A stretch of DNA of 41,999 bases from Thermotogota bacterium (lineage in GTDB: Bacteria > Bipolaricaulota > Bipolaricaulia > UBA7950 > UBA9294): positions 1 through 41,999 of the forward strand of contig JBDKUT010000152.1 of the NCBI GenBank assembly GCA_039679545.1, given 5' to 3'. Below, piece by piece: positions 25,707 through 33,824 of this stretch (positions within the stretch are counted from its first letter, which is position 1; each line of letters starts with the position of its first letter). The notes under the pieces are model-generated. The model saw nothing but the letters and a program-made list of their open reading frames with translations. It was not told where the DNA came from and made no database searches. Position numbers and translations under genes: made by a program.

Positions 25707-26888
25707 TCAGTCCTTCTGGTCGTCTGCCCTCCAGAACCCCACAGGCGCCGACCTCGTCTCGATCCTCGCCGTATACAAGGTCGAGCCTGCCGGCGTGTTG
25801 AGATCGAACGTGCGCCACGGGTTGAGGCTTGGAGGGCCGAACGAGACGTCGGCGGTTAGGGCATCGAGGTCGAGGACCAGCGAGTCCAGCGTCCCGAGGC
25901 CGTCGTCGTAGTACGACACGCAAAGCCCGTCGGGATACGGCGCGGCGAGGAGGTCGTGAGGGCGCGCGATGGGCTCCTCCGCCTTCTCGAGCCGCTTGCG
26001 GAGGAACTCACGCCGTCGGACCGACTGCCGCATCCGCAGCTCCGAGTACGCGTCCATCTCCGGCAGAACGTAGTGGTTGGTCGCGAACAGCGCTGGAGCC
26101 TCGCCCGACGCAAACTTCCGCACCGCCCTATCGGAGCACGCGATCTCGACGAGCGCGGCTTCCCCTGACTGATCCGCAAGGATGTAGTTTGAGTACCAGG
26201 CGATGGGCAGCCCTTCCAGCACATCGAGGGCCTCGGACACGGAGCGGCACCGGTCGAGCAGGATTCGCGACACGATCGAATACGGAAGCCCGGCGACCTC
26301 CACGCGCGACAAGGGCGAGCCGAGTGAACTTGTGAGTCCGAAACCGTGCTCGTTCAGTCCTGAGACCCGGCCAAAGACGGTGTCGGAAAAGCTGATGTGG
26401 CCAGCCTTCCCTTCGATGCGCGTCGTGCAGAGGCGGAGCTCCTGCATCTGTGGGTGGCAGTCGTAGTTCGCGCCAAGACGAACGTGACCCTCCGGACTCA
26501 GCCTTCTCGGCAGGTAGAAGTGGCTGCAGCCGCCTGACGTCGCGCGATCTGGCGAGACTCCCCCGCTCGACCAGAGAGTCGGAATGCGCTTCCCGTCTAC
26601 CATATGACACGCCCCGAGGAACGTCATCTTCTCGATCGGAATGCCAGTCGCATCCGACGCCCCGCGGATCTCCTCGGCGATGCCGGGACAGTGCTTCTCC
26701 ACAACCCGGAGCGCCGTCTTCCCCTCTTCCGGCGAGTAGTACTTCATGTCGGGGGGGCCGGCAGAGAACGCGCCCCGCCAGTCCGCGCCCGCCATCGCTC
26801 GGCCCTGCCATTGCCCCGCCTTGTAGGGCGAGCCCTCCATCACGTCATGCCGAAACGTCAGAACGCCCGGTCGTCCCAGAGTATTCAT
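25707..26888 (-). CDS. C45 family Ntn-hydrolase (acyl-CoA:6-APA acyltransferase-like)
   Basis: GSPYKAG..QG, EEIRGAS, GGCSHF autocleavage site, GANYD, GLNEHG, LLDRC.SV.EA, TNHY; GGAGG RBS. Confidence 0.88.
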   Translation of the reverse strand: MNTLGRPGVLTFRHDVMEGSPYKAGQWQGRAMAGADWRGAFSAGPPDMKYYSPEEGKTALRVVEKHCPGIAEEIRGASDATGIPIEKMTFLGACHMVDGKRIPTLWSSGGVSPDRATSGGCSHFYLPRRLSPEGHVRLGANYDCHPQMQELRLCTTRIEGKAGHISFSDTVFGRVSGLNEHGFGLTSSLGSPLSRVEVAGLPYSIVSRILLDRCRSVSEALDVLEGLPIAWYSNYILADQSGEAALVEIACSDRAVRKFASGEAPALFATNHYVLPEMDAYSELRMRQSVRRREFLRKRLEKAEEPIARPHDLLAAPYPDGLCVSYYDDGLGTLDSLVLDLDALTADVSFGPPSLNPWRTFDLNTPAGSTLYTARIETRSAPVGFWRADDQKD

Positions 26889-27103
26889 GCGTCTTCCTCC
26901 TCTCTCATTCGCCAGCCGATGTCGTCGGCCGAGGGCATCGTTCCGCTTCCCCCCCGTGGTCAACGCGCGTCAGAGGACAAGGCGGTGTTTAGGCTGTGAA
27001 GAGACATTCATCACCAGAGCCGAGCTCAGAGACCACAGCGTTCCGAGCGGTCAGCAACGACCGCACGGCGGCGACCCGTGGATTTGCGCCCACCCGTCGG
27101 TTC

Positions 27104-27574
27104 CTAGGGAGCGACCTCCAGGTACAGGTCAAAGACCCACTTCGCCCGGTCGGACTCTCCAGGGCTCAGCGGCTCTTCGAGCCAGCGGCCGCCACGGGCT
27201 GGACGCTTGTACGGACTCTCCTCGACCCAGGCGGAGAGTGCACGCCACCGCTCGCCGATGTGCCCGAGGCCGACGCACCGCATCACCGTATACTTGCCGG
27301 CCGCGACGCGCTTGATCTCAATCGGCGGCGACTCCTCGACATCGAGGCCGACGACGAGCCAGATCTCGTAGCCGTAGTTTGGGCTTCCCGGAGAAGGGTC
27401 CGGGTTGTTGAATCCGAAAGTCCGGTAGTCGGGACCGCCGACGCGTAGCCCGATGCTCTCTGCGAAACGCACGATCTTCCCGACCGCCTCGTCTTCCGGA
27501 TGCCGTCCATAGCCAAGCGCGCTTGCGACGCGCATCGGGGGCAGATCGATGATTCGAACGTCGGTCAATGGCAT
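27104..27574 (-). CDS. GyrI-like small-molecule-binding protein
   Basis: VRIIDLPPMRVAS...FGFNNPDPS...YGYEIW...GKY...W..L..W...WLEE...DLYL. Confidence 0.85.
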   Translation of the reverse strand: MPLTDVRIIDLPPMRVASALGYGRHPEDEAVGKIVRFAESIGLRVGGPDYRTFGFNNPDPSPGSPNYGYEIWLVVGLDVEESPPIEIKRVAAGKYTVMRCVGLGHIGERWRALSAWVEESPYKRPARGGRWLEEPLSPGESDRAKWVFDLYLEVAP

Positions 27575-27648
27575 TCTCGCTCCTCCTCCGACACGGAGCC
27601 GCGGTGACTCACTCGCCCCCTGCGGCTCCGCGCGTGTCCGCTTTCAGA

Positions 27649-28206
27649 CTACAGCTTCAACCGCTCTTCCTGCGGCAGCACATTCTCGTACTCCACGGAG
27701 CGGAACCACGTGTGCGCGGGCTTCCACGTCTCCAAGTACGTGAACCCCATTCGCTCGTAGAAGTGACGGTTCTTCGCGTGGAACTCCGGCGTGCCGAGAC
27801 GCCATCGCCTGACGTTCGGGTGAAGCCGGAAGATCTGGCGCATCGCCTCCTCGCCGATACCCCGGTCTTGATACATCGGCTCGATGAAGATCCGCCAGAA
27901 GTTCTCCATGTGGTACTTCTCCGCGTCCGCGGCGACGAGCACTCCTCCCACGATGTAGTCGCCGAGCAGGATCTTGTAGTACACGCACTCCGGAGACTGG
28001 ATCCACTCGGCGGTCTGCTTCACGTCCATGATGTCGGGAGGCCCGAGCGGTGGATCCTGAAGCTCGCGCAGCCTCTTCTGGTCTTCCGCCGACGCGTGGT
28101 CTAGCTCCGTCAGAAACGCTCGCCCCTGGATGATCGCAAGGCGTCCGGCATCCTCGGTCTTCGCTAGTTCCAGGCGTACAGGACGCTTCTCAACCCTTTT
28201 CGTCAT
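27649..28206 (-). CDS. GNAT N-acetyltransferase
   Basis: IFIEPMYQDRGIG (motif A); LGTP....NRHFYERMGF; AGGAGG RBS. Confidence 0.88.
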   Translation of the reverse strand: MTKRVEKRPVRLELAKTEDAGRLAIIQGRAFLTELDHASAEDQKRLRELQDPPLGPPDIMDVKQTAEWIQSPECVYYKILLGDYIVGGVLVAADAEKYHMENFWRIFIEPMYQDRGIGEEAMRQIFRLHPNVRRWRLGTPEFHAKNRHFYERMGFTYLETWKPAHTWFRSVEYENVLPQEERLKL

Positions 28207-28246
28207 CTGGCCTCCTCTGGTTGTCGAATCAGTGTGGCTGCCATTC

Positions 28247-28274
28247 ATGACATCTCGTGTCATCTTTGTACAAT
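28247..28274. promoter_or_regulatory. palindromic operator overlapping the promoter of the WYL gene
   Basis: ATGACA-TCTCG-TGTCAT (28247-28263), then TACAAT (28269-28274), in the short divergent intergenic region. Confidence 0.6.
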
Positions 28275-28296
28275 GTCGTGCCCAAGGAGGCATGCC

Positions 28297-29280
28297 GTGC
28301 GAGCCGATCGATTGCTGTCGATTCTTTTCTTTCTTCAGACGCGCGGCCGATCGACGACCGACCGCCTAGCGGAGGAGTTCGAGGTATCCCAACGCACGAT
28401 CCTTCGCGACCTCTATGCGCTCCGCGTTGCCGGGTTCCCCGTGTACACCGATCGCGGGCCGCACGGGGGCTGCTATCTCCACGACGAGTACCGCAACACG
28501 CTGACCCAACTCACGAGCGATGAGATCGCCACTCTATTCCTGTCGAGCATCCACAAGCCGCTCGAGGATCTGGGGCTCTCCAACCAGCTCCGCGCCGCAC
28601 GCCTGAAGCTCACCGCGGCGCTGCCGGAGTCGCAACGGGCGGCCATGAGTCGTCTGGGGCAGCGCATCGTGATCGACTCCCTCCCCTGGACGAAGCGCGC
28701 CCGCCCCGTCGGGTTCCTGTCCCTGCTCCATCAGGCGGCGATGGAGGATCGTTGGGTCCGTGTGGCCTTCGTCAGACGATTCGACGTGACAACTCAGCGA
28801 CGAGTCGCCCCCTACGGTCTCGTGGCGAAGGCCGGTGTGTGGTACCTCGTCTGGGCCGGAGAGGATGGCCACGTGCGCATCGACGCTGTGTCCGACATTC
28901 ACAAGGCGACGGCTGAGGACGAACGCTTCGAGAGACCGAGTGGCTTCGCCCTTGACTGTTTCTGGCAGACGTGGCGGGAGGAACAGGAAGCGTCCCGGCC
29001 GGGGTTCGACGTCCGCCTCCGCGTGCGCAAGGATGCTCTGCGATACGTGCAGGACGCGCTTGGTGAGCGCCGCGGGGTCTTCCCTCTGCCGGCAACAGAG
29101 ACCGACGAGTGGGTTGAAATCGGCGCACGCTTCTCCTACTTCGAAGAAGCGCGGCGGAACTTGCTGGCGTTCGGGGGCGCTGTCGAGGTCCTGCGGCCCC
29201 AGGCCCTACGCGTCTCGATGGCTGACTTCGCAGGCCAGATCGCGCGGCGCTATCGGAGCGTCAATCCGCAAGACGACTAG
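28297..29280 (+). CDS. YafY-like HTH-WYL-WCX transcriptional regulator
   Basis: RADRLLSIL...LAEEFEVSQRTILRDL, G..GG.YL, RRVAPYGLV..AGVWYLV, C-terminal G..VEVL.P..LR; AAGGAGG RBS then GTG. Confidence 0.93.
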   Translation: MRADRLLSILFFLQTRGRSTTDRLAEEFEVSQRTILRDLYALRVAGFPVYTDRGPHGGCYLHDEYRNTLTQLTSDEIATLFLSSIHKPLEDLGLSNQLRAARLKLTAALPESQRAAMSRLGQRIVIDSLPWTKRARPVGFLSLLHQAAMEDRWVRVAFVRRFDVTTQRRVAPYGLVAKAGVWYLVWAGEDGHVRIDAVSDIHKATAEDERFERPSGFALDCFWQTWREEQEASRPGFDVRLRVRKDALRYVQDALGERRGVFPLPATETDEWVEIGARFSYFEEARRNLLAFGGAVEVLRPQALRVSMADFAGQIARRYRSVNPQDD

Positions 29281-29327
29281 GAACGGGAGGCGGGATCCTC
29301 CCGCGGAACGCCGCTCCCCGCAAGGTC

Positions 29328-29957
29328 TTACAGCTTGCGCACGACCAGGTTGTCGAACGACTCCTCGACGTCAACGTTCTCATCGAATGCCTGAACCGTA
29401 ACCCCAACGTATCCTGTCGAGAAAGAAGCGTCCGTGATCTCGGCGACCTCGGTGCGGTTGATCAGGAACGTGAGCGACGTGCCGTCCGCGAGCACAGTCA
29501 AGTGGTTCTCCTCGTCAGTTCCCGTGTGGATCGCGTCCGAGGCCGTCCAGTTCACGATGGTTGTCCACACGTCCGCGACCCATCTCCCCACGCGGAAGTA
29601 CCCGGAGGCGCTCACTTGGAAGATGTAGGTGTTCTCCACGTCGGTGAACCGGAAGACGAGTCCTCCCGCCGATAGGTTGTTCGTTCCCGCTTCATGCTTG
29701 ACGTCGACGTCGAACTGTGCGTTCGCGAACGTCCCTGCGTCCGAGTTCCAGTTCATCATCGTCGTGGCCTGCTTGACGAGGTCATGGTACCGTCCGTCCT
29801 CGATCCACACGGTATTGAGTTCAGAGTCGCCGGTGTACCACTCCGTTGTGGCCGCGTCCGACCACGTCTCCTCATACAGGATGCCGCTGTCAGACAGAGA
29901 ACATCCGCCGACTACAACGGCGAGTACACACAAGAGCCCCAGCGCCGCCCTCCGCAT
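29328..29957 (-). CDS. lipoprotein with a concanavalin-like (DUF1080-type) beta-sandwich
   Basis: Lipobox VVGGC; GGLVFR...Y.FQVS...NHLTV..DG..LTFLIN...D..FSTGYVG...FDNLVV. Confidence 0.75.
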   Translation of the reverse strand: MRRAALGLLCVLAVVVGGCSLSDSGILYEETWSDAATTEWYTGDSELNTVWIEDGRYHDLVKQATTMMNWNSDAGTFANAQFDVDVKHEAGTNNLSAGGLVFRFTDVENTYIFQVSASGYFRVGRWVADVWTTIVNWTASDAIHTGTDEENHLTVLADGTSLTFLINRTEVAEITDASFSTGYVGVTVQAFDENVDVEESFDNLVVRKL

Positions 29958-30094
29958 GTTGCCCTCCTTCTCTTGCCCGCAACCATCATGAACCCCACCG
30001 CACGCCGGGTCAACGGGGCATGGCGCTTCCCGGCCTCGGATGCGATCCCTCCGCGCTATACTGGCCACGAGCCCAAGGGTTCCCGGAGGTGCGA

Positions 30095-30961
30095 GTGACG
30101 ACCATTCAGCGTCTGGCTCACGACTTGCCGAACCCCGGCACGATGCTGGGGGCGGTCTTCTACGCCGTCATCCTCTTCGCCACGGCGTGGCTCGTCGCCC
30201 GCACGGTGAAGGTGGCGTTGCGAAGATCCGCAAGGCAGCACGGCGACAGCCGCGCTGCCCGATCAGGCGCCTCGTTCGTGGGCCAATTGGCGCAGATCGG
30301 CATCTACCTAGTCGCGCTCACACTGTACGCCCATATCATCCCGTCCCTCCGTCATCTCGGAACTCCCCTCCTCGCGAGCGTGGGCGTCGTCTCGGTCGTC
30401 CTCGGCATCGCCGCGCAGCACACTCTGGGGAACCTCGCCGCCGGGGTCGCGATTCTGCTCTACCACCCGTTCCGCGTCGGCGACCAGGTGCAAGTGGCCG
30501 CTCCAACGGGGCTAGAGATGGGGTTCGTGGAAAGCCTGACACTCGGGTATACGATCCTTCGGACGTACGACAACCGCCGCATCGTCATCCCCAACAGCCT
30601 GATGACCACGCAGGTCAGCATCAACCTGAGCGCTGTGGACGCCCGCGTCGTCGTGACGATTCCATTCACGATCAGCTACCGTGCCGACATCGATCGCGCT
30701 CGCTCGATTCTCATCGAGCTGGCGACCGCACATCCCCACGTGTTGGAAGTGATCGGCTGTCCGGTCACCGAGCTCGGTGCGTCGGGGGTTCGACTCAGCC
30801 TCCGCGCTTGGTGCGCCACGATGGACGCGACCTACGAGGTCCACTACGACCTCCTCGAGCAGGCGAAGCAGCGGTTCGAGCGAGAGGGAATCGAGATCCC
30901 GTTCCCGTCCATGAACGTTGTCGTGCAGCGGCTTTCGCGAGCCTCCGGCGGCAAGTCGTAG
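30095..30961 (+). CDS. mscS: small-conductance mechanosensitive channel
   Basis: LGIAAQHTLGNLAAG..IL..HPFRVGD, T.LRTYDNRRIVIPNS, EGIEIPFP; GGAGG RBS then GTG. Confidence 0.9.
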   Translation: MTTIQRLAHDLPNPGTMLGAVFYAVILFATAWLVARTVKVALRRSARQHGDSRAARSGASFVGQLAQIGIYLVALTLYAHIIPSLRHLGTPLLASVGVVSVVLGIAAQHTLGNLAAGVAILLYHPFRVGDQVQVAAPTGLEMGFVESLTLGYTILRTYDNRRIVIPNSLMTTQVSINLSAVDARVVVTIPFTISYRADIDRARSILIELATAHPHVLEVIGCPVTELGASGVRLSLRAWCATMDATYEVHYDLLEQAKQRFEREGIEIPFPSMNVVVQRLSRASGGKS

Positions 30962-31114
30962 TGCGGTCTCGGCACCCCAGCGACTGCCCCGGCGCGGGGC
31001 ACTGTTTTGCCAGCCGCTTCCACGCGGTGATCGCTGTCCTCCTCTCCGCGACGGTCGGGCTGACGAAGAGGGTGTTCTACCGACACACGGACCCGCAACC
31101 GGAACCCGCGGCGC

Positions 31115-31879
31115 TCACTGCGCGATTTCAAGCGTCTCGTATTGATCGACGCGGGTGTAGCCGAGCTTCTCCGCGAGACAACACGAGACCTCGTTCGAAG
31201 CAAGCCACAGAGGTTCGAGGCCGCGGACAAGACACTCGAGAACCAGGGCAGCCCCGACGGCCGTCGCAAGCCCCTTCCGGCGGTGCGCCGCCGCCGTCTC
31301 GATGTCGATGTCGATTGCGCGGGCGCTCGTGACCGCCGACGTTGCACTTCCCACGACCCGCCCCTCGTGCGTCGCGACGTAGCCCGCTCCCCGACGGAGG
31401 AAGTCGTCGAGCGACCGATACGACTCGAGCAGCCAGTCCTTCTTCATGTCCGCCAGCAGACGCTCGGCAAGCGCGGCGTCGAGACGGCGAAGCTCGTACC
31501 CTTCCGCCACGGATCGCGTATGACGCTCCAGCACGGCCACGTCGAGCGACGCAGACGACAGCGTCACGAACGGAATCGCTCGAATGCGCCTGCCGAAAGT
31601 TCGTTCGAGGAAAGCGCGCCACTCGCCGGTCTCCGGCGTGACCCAATCAATTGGAGCGCAGCGCACAAGAGCCTCCGCGGCTTCTGACGTGGGGTCGCCG
31701 GCGAACGCCGTGAACGGTCCGCAGTCAAGGCGTGCGACGGTCGGATTGGCTGCATCGTCGGCTCGTGCCGTCCCGAAATGCCCTTCCAGGACGCAGTCGA
31801 TGAACGCCCGATCTCGGAGGTGGCCTTCGAACAGGGAAATCAGGGCGTTTCGCGATAGGGCGGGAACTTCAGCGATCAA
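31115..31879 (-). CDS. GNAT N-acetyltransferase
   Basis: IDIDIET..AHRRKGLATAV...PLWLASNEVS..LAEKLGY. Confidence 0.88.
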   Translation of the reverse strand: MIAEVPALSRNALISLFEGHLRDRAFIDCVLEGHFGTARADDAANPTVARLDCGPFTAFAGDPTSEAAEALVRCAPIDWVTPETGEWRAFLERTFGRRIRAIPFVTLSSASLDVAVLERHTRSVAEGYELRRLDAALAERLLADMKKDWLLESYRSLDDFLRRGAGYVATHEGRVVGSATSAVTSARAIDIDIETAAAHRRKGLATAVGAALVLECLVRGLEPLWLASNEVSCCLAEKLGYTRVDQYETLEIAQ

Positions 31880-31941
31880 CGGCGCGTGCCCCCTTTCAAC
31901 ATGTATCGTGCGCGACTCCGAGCTCCTCTACAATGGGATCC

Positions 31942-32676
31942 ATGCCGAGGTTGACGAGGTATCGCAAGGAATCCGACGTGTCGTACGCGGAGGGCGTCTT
32001 CGCGACGCTCGAGCTCCTCACGGCGCGCCCGGGAGACGTGGAGCGCGTGCTTGTGTCGAGTCGTGGAGGCGCCAACGAAGGTGTAGCGAAGATCCATGCC
32101 GCGTGCGCCGCCCGCAGAATCCCCATCGAGACCGACGACCGTACGATCGAGCGGCTGACACCGCGGGACAGCCACTTCGCGATCGGCGTCTTTCGGAAGT
32201 ACGTGATGGAACTCGATCCGGCCGCCGACCACGTCGTCCTCGTCGCCCCGGCCGACATGGGCAACCTGGGCACGATCGCGCGCGCCATGGTCGGATTCGG
32301 CTTCAACGACCTCGCTCTGGTGCGCCCTGCCGCTGACGCATTCGATCCGAAGGCCGTGCGCGCTTCGATGGGAGCGCTGTTCCGCATCTCGTTCGAGTAC
32401 GTCGACTCCTTCGACGCCTATGCAGACCGCTTCGCTCGCTCGACGTACTCCCTCATGACCGACGGCCGCGTCCCGATCGAACGAGTTCGGTTCGACTCGC
32501 CGTGCTCCCTTGTCTTCGGCAATGAGTCAAGCGGGCTCCCCGAGACCTTCCACGAGCTTGGAACGAGCGTCGCCATCCCACAGACGGACGGCGTCGACTC
32601 GTTGAGCTTGCCGACTGCGGTAGCGATCGCCCTGTACGAGCGCTCGCGCCGTCAACCGCGCACCCGCGCGGAGTAG
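31942..32676 (+). CDS. TrmH/SpoU family RNA methyltransferase
   Basis: DMGNLGTIAR, RASMGA, LVFGNESSGL, IPQ...VDSLSL. ATG lies 7 nt after TACAAT. Confidence 0.92.
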   Translation: MPRLTRYRKESDVSYAEGVFATLELLTARPGDVERVLVSSRGGANEGVAKIHAACAARRIPIETDDRTIERLTPRDSHFAIGVFRKYVMELDPAADHVVLVAPADMGNLGTIARAMVGFGFNDLALVRPAADAFDPKAVRASMGALFRISFEYVDSFDAYADRFARSTYSLMTDGRVPIERVRFDSPCSLVFGNESSGLPETFHELGTSVAIPQTDGVDSLSLPTAVAIALYERSRRQPRTRAE

Positions 32677-32685
32677 CGCAGCCGG

Positions 32686-33603
32686 CTACTCAACCTCGAT
32701 GTCCTCGCGGTAGATAAGCACATCCCGTACCACCTCGAAGCCCGCGCTCTCGTAGAGCCCCAACGCTGGCGTGCGATACGTGTCGGTTTCGACGAGCACC
32801 GCGGCCGCACCGCGCGCCATGAGTCGTCGAACGCACTCGGTCAGGAGCGCCGCTCCAAGGCCGAGTTCACGGTGGTCCCAGAGGACACCGAGCGGCTCGA
32901 TCTGGCCCAGTGCAGGCTCACCGAGGAGAAGCCACCCAACGCAGAATCCCGCCAGGCTCCCATCCTGCGTCACGGCGACGAGATCGGCCTCGCTGAGGTG
33001 GTGGGCGGCCGTGAGAGTCCGCGACCGCCACGCCGGAGTCATGTTCTTCGTTTCGAAAGCCGCCCGATGGACATCGACGTAGGCATCGACCTCCGCGGCT
33101 CCAGCGAGCGGGCGAATCGTGAACCCCGGCGGGGTCGGCTCCTGCGCAGGGACTGCTCCCGTCCTCTGGAGAAGAACCCGGGACCACGAGTCCTCTCCCA
33201 CGTCGGCCTGACAGGCGAAACCTGCCGACTCGAGTGCGCGTAGGCGCTCCGTCTGATCGCCGAAGACATGAACGTACCAAGAAGGGCGCTCATGCGTGGT
33301 CCCTCGCGCGGCACGCGCCTTGGCTTGGGCCCATTCGAGGGCCCTAGGAAAGAGGTCCGCCTCGGCGTCGGGGCGAGTAGCGATGTCCATTTCCCAGAAC
33401 GGCGCCTGCAGGACTGCCCACGCAGCCAGTCGCTCGCGGCTATCGAACCACAACGCCACGTTCCCCGGGTCATCGAGCGCCCACGACGCAAGGCGGTACG
33501 GGAGGTCCACCACATGGAGGTTGTCGTTCGGGAACTGGACGGCAAGCGCGGTCATCGCGACGAGGTCGATGCGGCCGGCGAACGCACGAGAACGGGTCTG
33601 CAT
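32686..33603 (-). CDS. tandem-GNAT acetyltransferase
   Basis: PPGFTIRPL...DLVAV..DGSLAGFC...GQIEPLGV...HRELGLG...LYESAGF. Confidence 0.88.
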   Translation of the reverse strand: MQTRSRAFAGRIDLVAMTALAVQFPNDNLHVVDLPYRLASWALDDPGNVALWFDSRERLAAWAVLQAPFWEMDIATRPDAEADLFPRALEWAQAKARAARGTTHERPSWYVHVFGDQTERLRALESAGFACQADVGEDSWSRVLLQRTGAVPAQEPTPPGFTIRPLAGAAEVDAYVDVHRAAFETKNMTPAWRSRTLTAAHHLSEADLVAVTQDGSLAGFCVGWLLLGEPALGQIEPLGVLWDHRELGLGAALLTECVRRLMARGAAAVLVETDTYRTPALGLYESAGFEVVRDVLIYREDIEVE

Positions 33604-33824
33604 AAATCCAGGATAGAGGATCTCCCCTCCGAGGTCACGAGCGGAGACCGCCACGGCGGATGCCCTAGACCACGACCGCTAGACCAGCGCACGCATGCAC
33701 ACCTGGTGTACGCGGAGGCCGGACGCCCGATCCACGGCTGCACCCGAAGCAGCGGGCTTGGGGTGGCGTTGCAGCGAGTGCGGCGCTTGCCTTCTCGTGC
33801 CGTCCTGGCCGTAGAATGACAGAT

